A stretch of 60,362 bases of DNA from an uncultured virus (IMG/VR IMGVR_UViG_3300010885_064105). Its lineage: Duplodnaviria > Heunggongvirae > Uroviricota > Caudoviricetes. The stretch lies in the IMG/VR virus record IMGVR_UViG_3300010885_064105, positions 62,001-122,362 of that record; one strand, given 5' to 3'. Below, piece after piece: positions 1 through 15,000 of this stretch (position 1 is its first letter; the number at the start of each line of letters is the position of its first letter). The notes beneath the pieces were generated by a model. It made no database searches, was not told the origin of the DNA, and saw only the letters and a list, made by a program, of their open reading frames with translations. A program made the position numbers and the translations under genes.

Positions 1-3000
1 TGGTTAGCTGCAAATTAGCATTTGGAACAGCTCCGGGAGGCACTGCTCCTCCAGTTCCATTGATTTCCTCCATTATCTTTTTTGCTTTCGCAAGAACGGT
101 ATCATCGGCATCTGAACTATAGCTATTTTTATCAAATCTTTTAGGTTCAAAAGCTATTTGATATATTAGCTCGTCTAAGACAATATCACTATCACTTTTG
201 CGATTATTATTTTCATCTAAGTTTAATTTTTGTTTTCGCCATAAGACTGAGGCTTTTTGTACTGTATCTTTTACCTTATCAAAGTTAGTATTTGCTTGGA
301 TATCTTCCAAAGCTTTTTCCCTAGACTGAGCATTAACCAACATAATATCAGAAGGATAAATATCCATTAAATTATCTATAGGCATGCCAAATTTATCCAT
401 AGGCTTCCCATCACCATTAACACCTATCCAAGAATTGCTTTCATTAGTACTTTGTGCTTTGTTTTCCATCCTATTAACATTTTTTCGTCTTAGTAATCCT
501 ACTAAACCTCCATTAGCAGAATAAATTACCCCTCCTTTGCTTTTATTGATGCTTTGTAATAGTGGTAGATTTTGTCTTGTTGCTTGAGCATTAACAACAA
601 ATTCTCCCGGAGTCAGCATCGCTGGCACTGTATCGGTACCACGAGGTTGATAGTTGACTAGTGTTCCTTGTGAAGCATATATCATGCCTCCTTTTTGTTT
701 CGCCTGTATTGGTCTAACATCTCCATCAATAACCTGTAATGATCCCATAGGTGTTGGTATACCAAACCGCGGATCTGTAGCGTATCCAACATTACCCTGA
801 TGAGCGTCTTTCCATTCGTACCCCTTTTCTCGTAAATATTTTTGCATTTCAGCACCGACATTGCCGGTTTGAAATTGTTTTTGAGCTTCTGGATCAAGCG
901 TTTGAGTTCTTTGTTGAAAGCCTACAGTATATGGTCCTATATTTTGTCTTCCTGTATATCCTGCTACGCCTGGAACATCGGAAGGTAAAGACAAAGCTTC
1001 TAAATCAGGAGACTTTAAAATATTTTGAACATCACGATTTTGTGTATATCCAAGTTTAAATACTTTTCCATTACCAGCATCAAAAACCATCGATTCTCTA
1101 CCAGATCCAACAAATTTCATAGAAGATGGATCTATACCAGCATCTCGCAGATATTTGTCTACTTCTTTTAACATTCCGGGTTTTGCATTTCTACCTGCTA
1201 ATAACGAACTGCCAGTATATCCTACCTGCCTATCTGAAAGTAATTTCTGTATATTTCCTTCAGTTACAGAATCTGGTTTCTTTGTCATAAATACTGGCAT
1301 CCGTGGATCTTCATCAGTTTGTTGCTTTACAAAAGGTTTTTTGATATACTCTAAAATTTTACCAAGAATACCTTTGGATGAGGAACTAGATGGTACAGCA
1401 GGCTGTGACACATTGGAGTTTGATGTGGTTCCTCCCAAACTAGATGATAAAGGAGCTAATTGTAGCTTTGGGTTTGATCCAGCATTAGTGGATTCGTTAC
1501 CAAAACTATCCTGATTTGATATTGGCTTAGGTCTAGACATACTGTTTGTAGACGCATTCTGAAGAGCATCTTTTGGCGACGAGACTCTGCGTCTTAAACC
1601 AGCATCAGTAGTAGCATTATCTAAAGTATCTCCAGTCCTAACCATTGGTCTAGTAACATTTGATGTTGTTAAATCATTAAGAGTATTAGGGTTAGAAGCT
1701 CCATAACCAGGAACAGGAATGTTCGGTCTTTGTCCAGTTAGTGGTGTTCGTGATCCTTTTACTCGTTGCATTAATCTAGGCTGCTGATGACCTGCTCCTC
1801 CGGTACCCGCCCAACCTTGCGCAATATTTTCGACCATTTGCCAAGCCATTCCAGCATTTTTATACCATTCAGGTAGATTTTCGTTCAAGCCGTACTCAAT
1901 TACTCTTTGTTGTCTTTCAGTTTCTGATTCTTTTCTTGTTCCAAACCAATAGGGAATGTCTTGAGGTGTCTGTTCCCAAACCTTACTATCGATAGCTCTC
2001 TGTGTGGTAGCACTAACTTTTTCTGGTGCTCCTATTGATGCTCCAGCTAATCCTGGTTTTGGCTTAACATCTGGCTTATATGGTTTATGTGGTTTTCTAA
2101 AATCTTGGGGCAAATCGAATAAAGTAGGCATTCTTTGTTTTGATGGATCAAATCCATCTTGAGCATAAACTACTCCGCCATTATTAAAAAAAGAAGGTGG
2201 GCGAGATGGGTTGATTCCTTCGATAACGTCTTGTAACCTATAGTTTTCCCCTTGAGCATTGCGCCATTGTGTAGTTAAAATCTCTTTTAGTTCTATTCCA
2301 AATAATGTATACCTAAGCTCACGATCTCTCCCGCCAAAACTTATTTCATCAAGGGTAAAACGATTAGCTGTAAATATTTGGTCTAAATAACGCTGTCTCT
2401 GCCTTATTCTTTGTTTAACTAGCTCTCTAGCAGCTATTTTTGACCTATCTGTTATATGACTGTCGATATATCTCTTACTCTCAACTATTTTTGCATCAAC
2501 GTCCAAGTCTTCATGAAACATATTATTATTAAAAATATCATACATATCTTTATGATTTATGATATCTCTAGCTGCTTTTAATCCAATACGACTTGTAAAT
2601 CTTTGTAAATCTCTATTATTTTCTAAAAAATCTCTATTATTAGGAAGACCTCCTTGTTGTAAATAAGCAATGCCTCCCTTGCTCTTATTTATGGTCTGTA
2701 ATAATGGAAGATTTGCACTAGTAGCCCGAGCATTAACTACGAATTCTCCTGGGGTCAACATTGCTGGAATAGTATCTGTTCCTTGTGGTTGATAATTTAC
2801 TAACTTCCCATTCGCAGCATAAACTATTCCCCCATGATTCAATCCATATGATGAACTTCTTGATAAATTATTTGAAAAATAATTAGGAATATTTGACAAA
2901 TAATTATCAGTAGGAATATTTTCTTGAATATCTCCTAATCCCATATCAATTTTATTATTTAATAAACTTATTTTATCGTTTAATATTTTGCCTTGTTTAT

Positions 3001-6000
3001 GATTTAATATAACGTTATTATTAATAGTATCGAGATTAGATTTAATCTTATCAGAATCTTTTACTTTACTTAAGATTTTAGGAACTAAAGATGCTACTGC
3101 TGAGATTTTAGATAGATCACTATTTGAGGAGCTATTGGATGATCCTATCAAATCTCCATTAGCAGCATATACAATTCCACCACTACTATAAGTTTTAGCT
3201 CCACTATTAATAGCATGTAGCAGTGGTAAATTTTGTTGGGTGGCCGCTCTATTGATAACAAACTCTCCGGGAGTCAACATTGCAGGAACAGTATCAGTTC
3301 CTCTGGGTTGGTAAGGGATAAGCATTCCTTTATTAGCATAAATTGGATTTTTACTAATATCTTTTAATCTATTTCTATACTCCTTCTCTTGATCTGCGGA
3401 TGGCTTTGATAAACGACCAGTTTCGCCGGAAGGTATCAGGGTGTTATACATATCAACGTGTCGAGCAAGAGTTGGATCAGGCACATCGTAATAGTCTTTA
3501 TACTGCCCACGCCATAACTTGTTATAAACATCTGGTTCAAAGTATTTCGCTTTAACGAGAAGTTGTTCTATTAAAGTATTTTTTGTTAATTCTTTTTTAG
3601 CTGATCTTTTTTTAGCGTTTGATTTTTGACTTAATGCTGCTGCTGTAGTTCTTTCTTTGTCTTCGCCTATTTCCTGAGAATTAAGCTCATTATTTAATTT
3701 ATATATTTTGTCTAAGGAGTCTTTGCTATTCGGATTATCAAACTTAGAAACTGGCTTATAGTCTTGCCATATGGTTTTAAATATGTCTTCTGGAATTCCT
3801 GACCTTTTAAGGGTCTTCTCGTAATTAATATCAGGGTTATGCAGCAGATCTTGAGGAGTAGCAAGACCTTGAGTATATGCCTTATTAACCACTCCTGGAA
3901 ATAGCAAAGAATCTTGCTTAATTTTAACCATAACATTACCAAGATTTTCCTCAACTTTGGGAGAGAGACCCCAATCACTATTATCCTTATTTAAGGAAGA
4001 CCCTATATTTGCTAAGATTGTTCTTTTATTTATCTTATCTAGCTCAGAAACCCCTGTGATTTTTCTAAGAGCATCTATCTGTGGTTGTATTACTTCTCTT
4101 TCTGAGAAGTGCGAAGCCTTAGAGAAAGAAACTGGGTATAATTCCTTAAAATCTTGTTTTAATAAATTTTTTACTGATGAGATGGTAGTTCTATCTATTT
4201 TATCATAGGCTAATTTCTGAGCGCCTCTAGGATCTCTTTGTGTTCCTAGTGTATCTCCTAGTTCTTTTGCTTCTCGATCTGTTTCTATATCAAGATATTC
4301 TAGTGGTTTACCAACCATATCTGAGAATTCATGTTGTTCGATATATCCGGTGTTGTCTTTATCAATATTTTTAAAATAGTCTTTTAGAGTTCTAGGTTTG
4401 AAATTATCTGTGGCATTTTTATCCCTAAGACCCAAGCCTTTTAATGCTGAAGAATAAGCTCCCATTAATGCGTCAAATGTGGAAGCCCCAAAAAATCTTT
4501 GCAGTTCGGGTTCTTTCTCAGGACGAAATTGATTCCATTCTTCAAAAGAGATTTTACCATCCCTATTAGTATCCCATAGTTCAATGCCACGAATAGCAGA
4601 GTTTCCACGGCCATTAGCCATCCTGGCCCTATTGGAAGTTTCTCTTCGCTCATCTGAAGTTTGCTCTCCGTTTGGTCCAGACCCAGGTATTGCAGAATTA
4701 TCTGCTGGCGTTAATGTTTTTACTTGTCCTGATCTTGATACGTTATTTTCTCTTTCTTCAAAATTTTCAGGAGTTCTGGTCTGGTCTTTATATACTAAGT
4801 TACGATCTCTTCTTGCCATATCTCCGGTAAAGTTAGTTTCTCCTTTTCTGACTGAAGTCTCAGATCCAGAAAATAATGATCTAGCTTTGATAAGATTATT
4901 AATACCTTGGATTCTAGCAGACTGAGCTAGTAGAGAATAAATAAGAGACTTGCTTTTACCCTCTTTGGTTTCTCCCTTTAATCCAGTCATAAAGGCTTCT
5001 GGACCATTCTTAATAAGGTCCAAAATAACACGCGGCCTCTCTGCATCAGCAGCATCCCATTCCTCACTAGCCTTTGGAACAGGTACCAAATCAGCTACTT
5101 TTTCAGATACTGTTTTTACATTATTTTCGAGCCAAGATACTAGATTTTCCGTATATGGGGTCTTTTTCTTAGCAAGAATATCTTTTACAACATCAGCAAC
5201 ATTAATTTCATCAAAATTCATATTGAGATGAGGAGGCATCGTGATTTGACGACCATCTTTACTTTCTGTTAACTCTTCTTGTCTTAGATTTACTCTGTTT
5301 TTTTGTTGCTGTCTCTGTTTTTTCCATTCGCTCACGGTGCTGTTTAGTAATGCTGCTGGTGACTCATAATGATTTCTATTTTTAAACTCTGGATTATTAT
5401 TTTTCCCCATAGGCTTCTGATCAGAAAGAATATCTCTTAGATTTTCTAGATCAGGAGTTAAATTTTTAACAACTCTTGCAGCAGATGATTTTGCCTGGAG
5501 CTTGGCTTTTGTTGTTGTCCATTTGACCAAATCTTTCGGCTGAAGGTCTCCTCCAACATCAGGATCTATTAATCCTAAAATTCCGTCCGTTTTTGAAAGA
5601 TGGCTAGTAAAATCAAATCCAGTAAGACGATTATCTTTATTATAATCTCTATATTTAAAACCTTTAACAAAATTATATGATAGACTTTGGAGACTCCTTA
5701 AATCATTAGCTTCTCTTATTTGAGTTAAGGTCTTATAAAAAGAAGCGTCGCTAAAAAAGCGCATACTATTATCATCGAAGCTTAAATTATTTAACGAAGT
5801 TAACCAGTCTGGCATCGTGGTTCTTAGGGTCAAATAGTCATATATACCAGAGTTAATCCTATATTTTTTATCAAGATCATCACCATTCTCAGGAGTTCTA
5901 TTTCCCGTTAATGGATTGATTGATCTATGAGAAAATTGTGCTTGGTCATCAGATAATTCAAACCTACCGTATGAAACATCATTTGGTTGTCCTCCCCTAC

Positions 6001-9000
6001 TAAGATAAGCCACTCCCCCACTACTTAATCCTTGAACTCCTCCATTATTAATAGACTTTAGTAGAGGTAAATTTTTAGCAGTTGATCTTGCGTTAACGAC
6101 AAATTCACCAGGAGTTAACATTGCCGGAACAGTATCCGTGCCCTTGGGAGCATAAGGAATTAAAGCCCCAGTAGATGCATATACTATGCCACCACTAGCT
6201 AAAGTTCTAGCAACAGTAGCTGTGGTTTTATATCCTTTTATATATCTATCTAATTTTCCAATATTTTTATGATAATTATATTCTCCTAGTATTCTTCTAT
6301 AATAAGAATATGCAGACTTATACTGTGAATTAATTCCTTTAGCTCCAGTTATTCTGGTTCTAAATGGGAATTTATCATTTTCTCTAGCCGTGTCACTAAC
6401 TTCACGTCCTGTAAATTTTTTCCCGTTATCTGGAACAGCATCTGGTCTTGTTTCTGTTATAGGAGCAAACTTTCGGCCAAATAAATCAAGTATAGAATCG
6501 TCTATTACTACAGATCTTTGAGTTCTCTTATTAGCATCTTCTGGAGTTTCGCCTTCTTTGGGCTCAGCGTCTTCATTAACTAAACTTGGTACTATATCAT
6601 TTTTATAGCCTTTACGAACAGCTTTCAAGGTATCTATAATATCTCCAAGTTTCTTATTTGAAGATTGTCCAGGTAGCGGCTTATCAAGTTTAAAGTTGAT
6701 TGTTCCAAATTTATCTAAATTAGTGATACTCATCAATTCATGCATACTCTCAATAGACTGTCTATAATTATCTATTAGATCGCCCTTTATAATATCTCCG
6801 AGAGGAATATTTTTATTTTTTCCGGTAACTAATCTAGAGTATGAATCATATGCTATTTCAGAAGATGTATATAATTTTTGACCAATATTATTAATTTGTG
6901 CGTCTAATTTAGCTTTTTCTTTGGGGTCTTTTGGTAAAGAAACTCTATTTCCACCAACTATGCCTGTGGTATCTCGCGAATCCAATGCTGTTGTTCGTTT
7001 GCCTTTTGTATAAATAGCTGATGTGGTAAATAGCTTCTTATCTGGAATTTCTGGATTCTTACCACTTTTAATTAAAGTATCTAAATATTCTTTATAACTA
7101 AGCTCATCCCAATATTTTGGTAGATTACCTACATCCTTAGGTTTCACAACTTGTGGTTTTGGTGGAGTAGTTTCAGCAGTTTTAGGTTCATCTTTATTGG
7201 GAGAAGCTGCCGCCTCTGCTTTATCTGCGACAGCAGGAACAGTCTGAGCTTCTGGCATATCATATGGTTGAGCTTTCTTTTGTTCTATTTTTCTATCTTT
7301 TATCATTCTAGCTATCATGATAGCAGTTTTTGTTAATCCATAAATAGTTTTAAATCCTGGTCTTCTAGGACGAACAGCAATATCATCTAGTTTATCTTTT
7401 AGTCGCTTAAAATCTGATGGGTCTATATCATATTTTTGTGCTATTTCATCCAGAATAGATTGTTTTTGTCTAGCAGCTGCTTCATTTAGTGGGTTTTTAC
7501 TAAGAATATCATATTCTTTATTAAAATATTCATCAAACATTTTATTAGCGTCTAGTTTACCAAAATCATCGCTAACATCTATTCCTAGTCTAGAAAAAGT
7601 TTCTTTAGCCTGCGACTGTGCAGCAATGTATATGGGTGAATTATCTGTTAGTTTTGTTAAAAGAGATGGATCAACATAGTCTGGACTAGATTTCAATAAA
7701 TCGTCAAAATGAAATTTAGCTGCTTGGTTTCGCACGTCTCCTGTTTTTTGTATGGCAGAGGCGATATCTCCGGCAGCCAATGAATCATATTTTCTTAATA
7801 TTCCTTTATTATAAGCCTCTCCAATTTTACTATTATATTCATCTCCAATAATTTTCATATTTTTTAATAAACTATCTATCTTGGCTTTGTTCTCAGCCTT
7901 CTCAGATTTTTTGCTTTTTGATTTGTTAACCTTCTTAGAGTTAGAAGCAGCTTCTTTACCTGTTGATTCAGCAAGATCATCAACTGTTTTTTCGATGGGT
8001 ATAGTATCATTACCTACTTGTATAAGTTTATTCAGCGAAGATCCGGATTTAATGGCTTCGTCTATTGCTTGTCTTGTTAATTTTTTCTTTACTAGTCCAC
8101 TTGCTGATTTTGTTATAAAATCATCAGCAAATCCACCCATTGCTATATCTGCTGCAAATCCTGTCCACTGACCTATTTCGTAAGATTCGGGATATTTTTC
8201 AATTTTTTTATTTATATCTTTTTTCCACGATGAAGGAAATCCATTGTATATCATTTCATTAATAACTTGTCCTATTTGATCTCCAACTATTGCTCCACCA
8301 ATAGTACCTCCTATTTGTGCTGCTGGAGTAAATGGCGCAGTGAGAGCAAATCCCACTCCTCCACCTGCCAAGCTTAATAATGCAGGTATAATTTGTTGTG
8401 CTACTCCATAACCAAAAGCCTTACTATTAAACGGTCCGACACCCAAGCGTAATTTATTATTATGTGCTTCGAGGTCATATGTTGCCTGACTAAAAGGATA
8501 ATTAGGATCTCCACTATAAAAGTTTTCTTCTAAAGTATTACGAGCTCCCCATTTGCTTTTTTGTTTACCAATCTTATTAGCTGCCTCATAAGTTTGAATA
8601 AATTGTATTTGTGATATCCTGTCTCCATTATTTAATTGGAACGACCCATTTAGTTTTTGTTTCTGAGGATTAATATTATTATATTTTTTCTGAGCATCAA
8701 GAGATAAATAATTATCAATATGACTATCATAGTCTGTGTTATATTCTTCTAATTCTTTCTTTGTTAATTTATTATCTGCTCCTTTCCTATAGTCTGCCAT
8801 ATATCTGAGAATACTATTTTTAGGCATCTCATTATCTTCTAAAATACTATTTTTATCAATATCTAAACTATCAAATATATTTGTATCTAAAGGCTTAAAA
8901 TGTTCTTTTACAGTTAAACCGCCACGAGCTAAATAAACAGGTCCCCCATTACTATATGCTTTAGCTCCACCATTATTAATAGCATGTAGTAGTGGCAAGT

Positions 9001-12000
9001 TACTTTGTGTTGCGGCTTTATTGATAACAAATTCACCGGGGGTCAGCATTGCTGGAACAGTATCAGTACCACGAGGCTGGAAATTGATGTGTTGACCTTC
9101 TTGAGCATATACTACGCCACCGGTAGCAAATCTTAACGGGTCTTTAGATGCATTTGGGTCTGTGACAGCTCGGGCCTCTGCATTTAAACCAGCTTCTCGT
9201 CGTTGAACAAACCACTTGTCTGTTGGTAAACTTCCATAACGAGAAGCAAAACCTAATGTAGTATGAGCAATATTACCCTTAGTATATGCATCTTGACCAT
9301 CCTGACCGCTAAAAGAATCTATAACTTGCTGAGTACGTTTAGCATTATCAGGATCAACATTCTTATCAAAAAAATAATCTTGACCTTCCCATGCTCCATT
9401 TCCACCATACCAATTATACAACGATGTCATATTCCCATATAAGAATCTTTGTGTATTAGGATCAAAATATGACATACCTACCTGATCTGTTGCATTGATC
9501 ATATCCGTAGTAAGTTTTTCAATAATGTCCTTACGAGTATCCTTACTTGGAAATTCATTATATGGATTAAATGCAATATTAACTAAATCATTATATTTTT
9601 CTGGTATGGCTTTATCTGCCGATACCAGACTTAGCGTACCATTAGCACCAACAGTTTTTATCTTGGCTCCTTCTAATTGCTGGCCTAAAATAGCCTTATA
9701 ATCCCCAGATAATGCCGTTGAAGAAATTCTACCAAATAATGATGCTCCTCCAAGAGATCTAAATAGATCTTCTGCATTCAAGTTTAATTTTTGAAACTGA
9801 CCTATCATTCGTGTATCACCACTGGCCAAACCTGTAAATGCCATAGCAGCACCAGATCCCAATGTGAATAATTCTTTTAGCTGCTGATAAATATTGGGAT
9901 TCCTTGTCATAGGAGCCAATTTGCTCAAATAGCCTCCAAAATTATTAAATATTCCACTAGTATATCCTGCTGCTTGTTGAGCTACGCCAGAATTTTTAAA
10001 TGGTTTTTGTATTATTCCACGGATACTGTTATATAGCCAATTTCCAGGTAATCCTGGAACTCTTTTTCTTCCAAAAACACCCAATGATAATCTAGCTAAA
10101 TTTTTAACAGCATCGGGTAATTTATTATCCTTAATAGTATCATCAGCTAATTGACCCTTGTCATCAATTTCTCCAACAGATTTTATTGCTGCATTGTCTC
10201 TGTCTGTAAATACTTTATCTGCTACTGTACTTAAATACTCCCCTATATTGAAAACATATGATTGTTTATTTGGTGGACTATCTTCAAATAATGGAATATT
10301 TTTTAGTATCGGATGATTGGTATGATCAATTAAAGAATCTAAATCAATACTATACTGAACACCTTTAAGGTTTTGTTTGAGTTGATCTCTTTGATTTCTG
10401 TCAATATTACCCTTAGCAAGGGTGGTGAAATCGGGAATTTTGTCAAGCTCAATATGAGACTTATCAAATATTTCATCCCCAGTTAATATTTTGTCTACAT
10501 AAGCTGTTGATTGGGCATATTTTTTAAATTGAGAATATGGACTGAGGGGATTTTTATTATTTGGAGTAATTAATAAAGCTTTATTTAAATTAGCTCCTAA
10601 ATTAAAACCATTAGGATCAGCTTTACTAGGATCTGTAGCAATTTGTGGCCCTGTATACTCTGTATACTGCATATGATACGGTAAGTCAACGTCTCCTATA
10701 GGATTAGGCAGCTTTAACTTATATGAACCAAAATCAGATACTGGCTTTGTGCTAATTCCATATTTTGTTTTTAATTGTTCAGCTTGATTATCTATAGCAG
10801 CTTGAATATCTTGAGATATTACTGATGGGTCTTCATTAGCTACCCATGGAAAAGTTTTCATTTTACCCATGTCAGCTACGTCATATATTCCAAATTCATA
10901 TCCTCTAGCCCATTTATAATCAGCGTCTGGTAAATTATTTAATCCTGCTCCTCCAACCATCAATTTTGGAAAAGTTGTCTTTATTTTATCTGCTTGTTGT
11001 TTACTGTTTAAAGATTTATCTAAAATAGGTTTATATTTACTATTTAAAACATGTAATAATGTTATATTATTTTCTTTATCTTCTGAAAGGGCACTAGGAT
11101 TAAAAAAGTTTAATTCATTGCCCGTTAATGATATTCCCTCAGCTCCACTATATAATATCTCTAATTTTTGTCTTAAATTACTAAGATTCGGATCTTCTGC
11201 CTTAAAAAGATTATTAAATACAGGATTTGTGGGGTCAGGATCAACCGATGTAAATGTCTGAGTTTGTTTAAGATCTTTAAGGTTTAATTCTTGAGTTTTA
11301 ATAATATTTTTAATATTATCTTTTTCTGTTATCCATGAATTATCTCCTGTCAATATTTTAATACGATCTTGCGCGCTAGAATCTGACATTTTAAGATCTG
11401 ATTTGATCTTGTAGTATCCCTGATCCTCATTAGATACGACGCTAACATCGGCATAATCAGATGCTAGTCTATATATTTTTAATACCTTAGCATGTTCTGT
11501 GCTCTCTTTATTCCAAGATAATGCTCCTAGAGTTTTATTTCTTGTTACAATCATACCTACTGGGAGATTAGATATAACATTGGGACTATAAAATTGATCA
11601 GAAATTAAAGATTCGGGAATATCTTTTATGTCATTGACTGCTGGCATACTTGATACTATTGTAGATGAATCTAAATCACTATTAATTAATTTTTGATTAA
11701 AACTATTTTTATATTCGATGAATTTATTTTTGGTAATATTTTTGGTGTCAAATGGCTTATCGACTACAGAGCCTAGGGGATCTAATAAGTGTGCACGAGG
11801 CCTATTAATGACACCATAGTTAAATACATCTTGATTATGTGCATTTTTTTCCACTAATATAGCTGGGGCCTCGCCTAAATATAAATTATTGATACCATCT
11901 TCGCTTTTAATCGAATCCAGGCTTGCTCTGCCACTAGAGGCAGTAGCCACGGGAGCCATAATCGTTTTAGGTTGAGCACCCCTAACAAATTTATCTGGTC

Positions 12001-15000
12001 CGGCATAGACAGATTTAACTTCTCTAAAAGCTGCTGATCTTGGGTCAATATATTTTTCTTTAGATTGAACTAGATCATCACTATTTTTTTTGTATTCTTC
12101 CTTAAAATTTTGACTAACATATCCACCAGAACTATAGTATCTAACAGCTCCACCACTACTATATTTATTACTATTAATGGCATTTAAAAGAGGCAAGTGG
12201 CTTTGAGTAGCTGCTCTATTAACCACAAATTCGCCAGGGGTTAACATTGCTGGCACAGTATCTGTACCTTGACTCTTAAAATCAATAGCACGTCCAGCAG
12301 CAGCGTATATGACACCTCCAGAGGCTTTACCCGCAGCAGGAGCAGCGCCTAGTGGTAGTTTACCATTGATTTGTTGTACTAAATTAACTAAATCTTTTAG
12401 TTCCGAACCTTCAAAATTTATCTTAACATCACTAAGAGCATTAGCCAAAGCTTTAGCTGATTGGTTTGCAATATCGCGAGCTAAATTAGAATCTAGTTGG
12501 GCCAATAAAGAATTAGCTCGTGCTTGTAAATTATTACCTTCTCTGTATTCTGCAATAGCTGCTTGAGTTGCTGGATCTAATTCTGGATTTCTAAGAGTAT
12601 TTAATATTTGCTGAAATACAGGAGATACTCCCATACCAGATTCTTGAAGCATACTCTCTAATACATTTGCCTTAATATTACCAGCCTGTTGATTATTTCC
12701 TAAAAATGGCAATATATCATTTAAGGCGCCTAGTGTTTCTTTACGCTCATTAACAAAAGCAGCTTGAGCAGCTTTCATAGCCTCCATCATACTTGCTCCA
12801 TTTTGTAAAGCCTCATAGTAGGCTCGTTGAGCACCAGTAGATCTGTTGATAGTATTTATCTGTCCATTAGCATTATTCTGCAATCTTTGAAAAGCACTAG
12901 AAAGACCATTTAATTCTTCGGGCGTACTAGTAACTAATTTTTCAATAAATGAGGCTCTTCCAGAAGATTTTTGTTGAGCTTCTTGAATTTTTTCCATAGC
13001 AGAAGCTGCAATATCGGTATTGTCAGCTAAGTATTTTAATGCATCAATATTTTCTCTTAAACCAATATTAGTATCTGATAAGTTTTTAGTGAATTTAATA
13101 AAGTCTGCTTGACCAGATAGTCCTCTTTCTCCTGCACTTCTTTGTTCAGCTTGTTGAACTACTCTGGTATTTTCTAGTTTATTTATGCTATCAAATATAT
13201 CATTAGGATTAGTAGCTCCTCCTGTTTTGGCTGATACTTTAGAGTTTACCATTGTTCTAGCATTTTCTAAGCTAATATTTTTACCCAAAGTTTTTGCCAA
13301 AGAAAGTTCAGAATCAGCAACTATATCAGTAGCTTTTCTTAGTCTTTGATTAGCAGAAATCTGTAGATCAATAGTTTTATTAATATTTTGAGTATATACA
13401 TTAAGGGCGTTTTGATAGTGTTCTAATGCTTTGATTGCTACTTCTTGTGCTCTCCTAGAACTATCAACTACCTTATTTAGCTGACCAAGTTTTTCGCTAA
13501 GCTGAGTATAATCTAGTTTTTCGTCTCCAGATTTCTTAAAGTCTTTAAGAACATTACCAACTTCTCCAGATAACTTTTCAACTAAGTCTGGAGGCAATGA
13601 CAAGTTAGCTAGTGCCTCTTTAACATCGCGACCAACAATGGATCCTAATGCTTCTTCTGTTATTCCAGGATTTTTATTAACAGATTTATTAATGGTGCTC
13701 ATTACAGTAGATTCTATCTTTTCTCCAACTCCTAATAATGAAACCATTTCTGGTGATCGTATGCCAAAAGATTCAGCAGCAACATTTCTGGAATTTGATA
13801 CTGTTTGATCAGAATATGCTCTTGGATTTTGTAAAGCGTTAATCGCAGTTAAAGCAATATTACCAACCTTGGCTTGACCTTGCAATGAATCTGATGCGAG
13901 ATCGATATCTTTGCTCATTTGTTCTAATGAGAAGCTGGCACGACCAATGCTTTGTTCCATATTTTGGAACATTCTCTCAAGAGATCTAGTATAAACATTT
14001 ATTGTATTGTCTAAAGACTTGAGTTGTTGTTGTCTTTCAATAACAGAAGCTTGTTGCCTAATGGTTTGTTCTGCATTTATAGCTATAATATTATTAATTC
14101 GTGCTTCTTTTTCAACATCACTAATGTTAGCATTATTTTTTATAGATAAAATTTCTTGTTCTACAGCAGCATTCGCCCTTGCTATAACTTCTGCTTGTTT
14201 TTTCCATGCTGGATCTTTAAATATATCTTCAACACTTGAACCGCTCTGAATCTTAGCTCCAATAAGATCAGTAGTAAGCTTAGAGGTTTCAGCAAAACTT
14301 TTAGAATTTTCTCTTGCTTTTTCAGGAATTAAAGACTGATATTCTTTACTTCGTCCTTTGTCTCCTCCACCAAAAAGATCAGTAGATCTAAAATATGCCA
14401 TTATTCCTTTCTTATCCAAAATCTCACTACGTTGAGATGCTGCTCCTTGATCAGCTGAGCCAAAAGCATCAAATAGATTAACCCAAAATGCCTTAGCAAG
14501 TTTATTATTAGCTTCTATACCAGCTTTAGCAGCTTCTCCTGCTTCTGCTAATTTAGAAGCTAACGATCTTTGGATATCTACATTCTTAATGTTAGTATTT
14601 AGTTTTTCAAATAATTGTTGACTATCACTAATAGCTGTTTCTAATTTCTTTTGCTGGAAATTTTTCTCAAATTCTATAGCAGCATTTCTGGCTTCTATAA
14701 AAGCTTGTCCAACAGAGGCCGCTAATGTAGCAAGAAGACCAAATCCTCCTAAAAGTTTAGACACTGCTGGACTAAGTCTGCTTCCTAGCATATCTTGCAA
14801 GCCGCCAACGAGCATGCCACCAGTAGCTAATCCTGTAACTCCGCCCTGAATAGCGCCCGCTGTGCTAGCATTTGAAGAGCTGGCACTAGCATTAATTTGC
14901 TGAGCAAGCAATGATCCTATTCCTTGTAGTCCAAAAGATAAGCCCAACATTCCTCCAAAATTACCTCGCTGATCACCGCCAGGAGCCTGTTGTCCCCTTT

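Noticed and set aside
506..12330. Long linker modules as inteins, introns or insertion sequences
   Set aside because: No Cys/Ser start with His-Asn end, no terminal inverted repeats or transposase. They are ~65 aa, in frame and diverge mainly at synonymous sites, which indicates protein-level selection.
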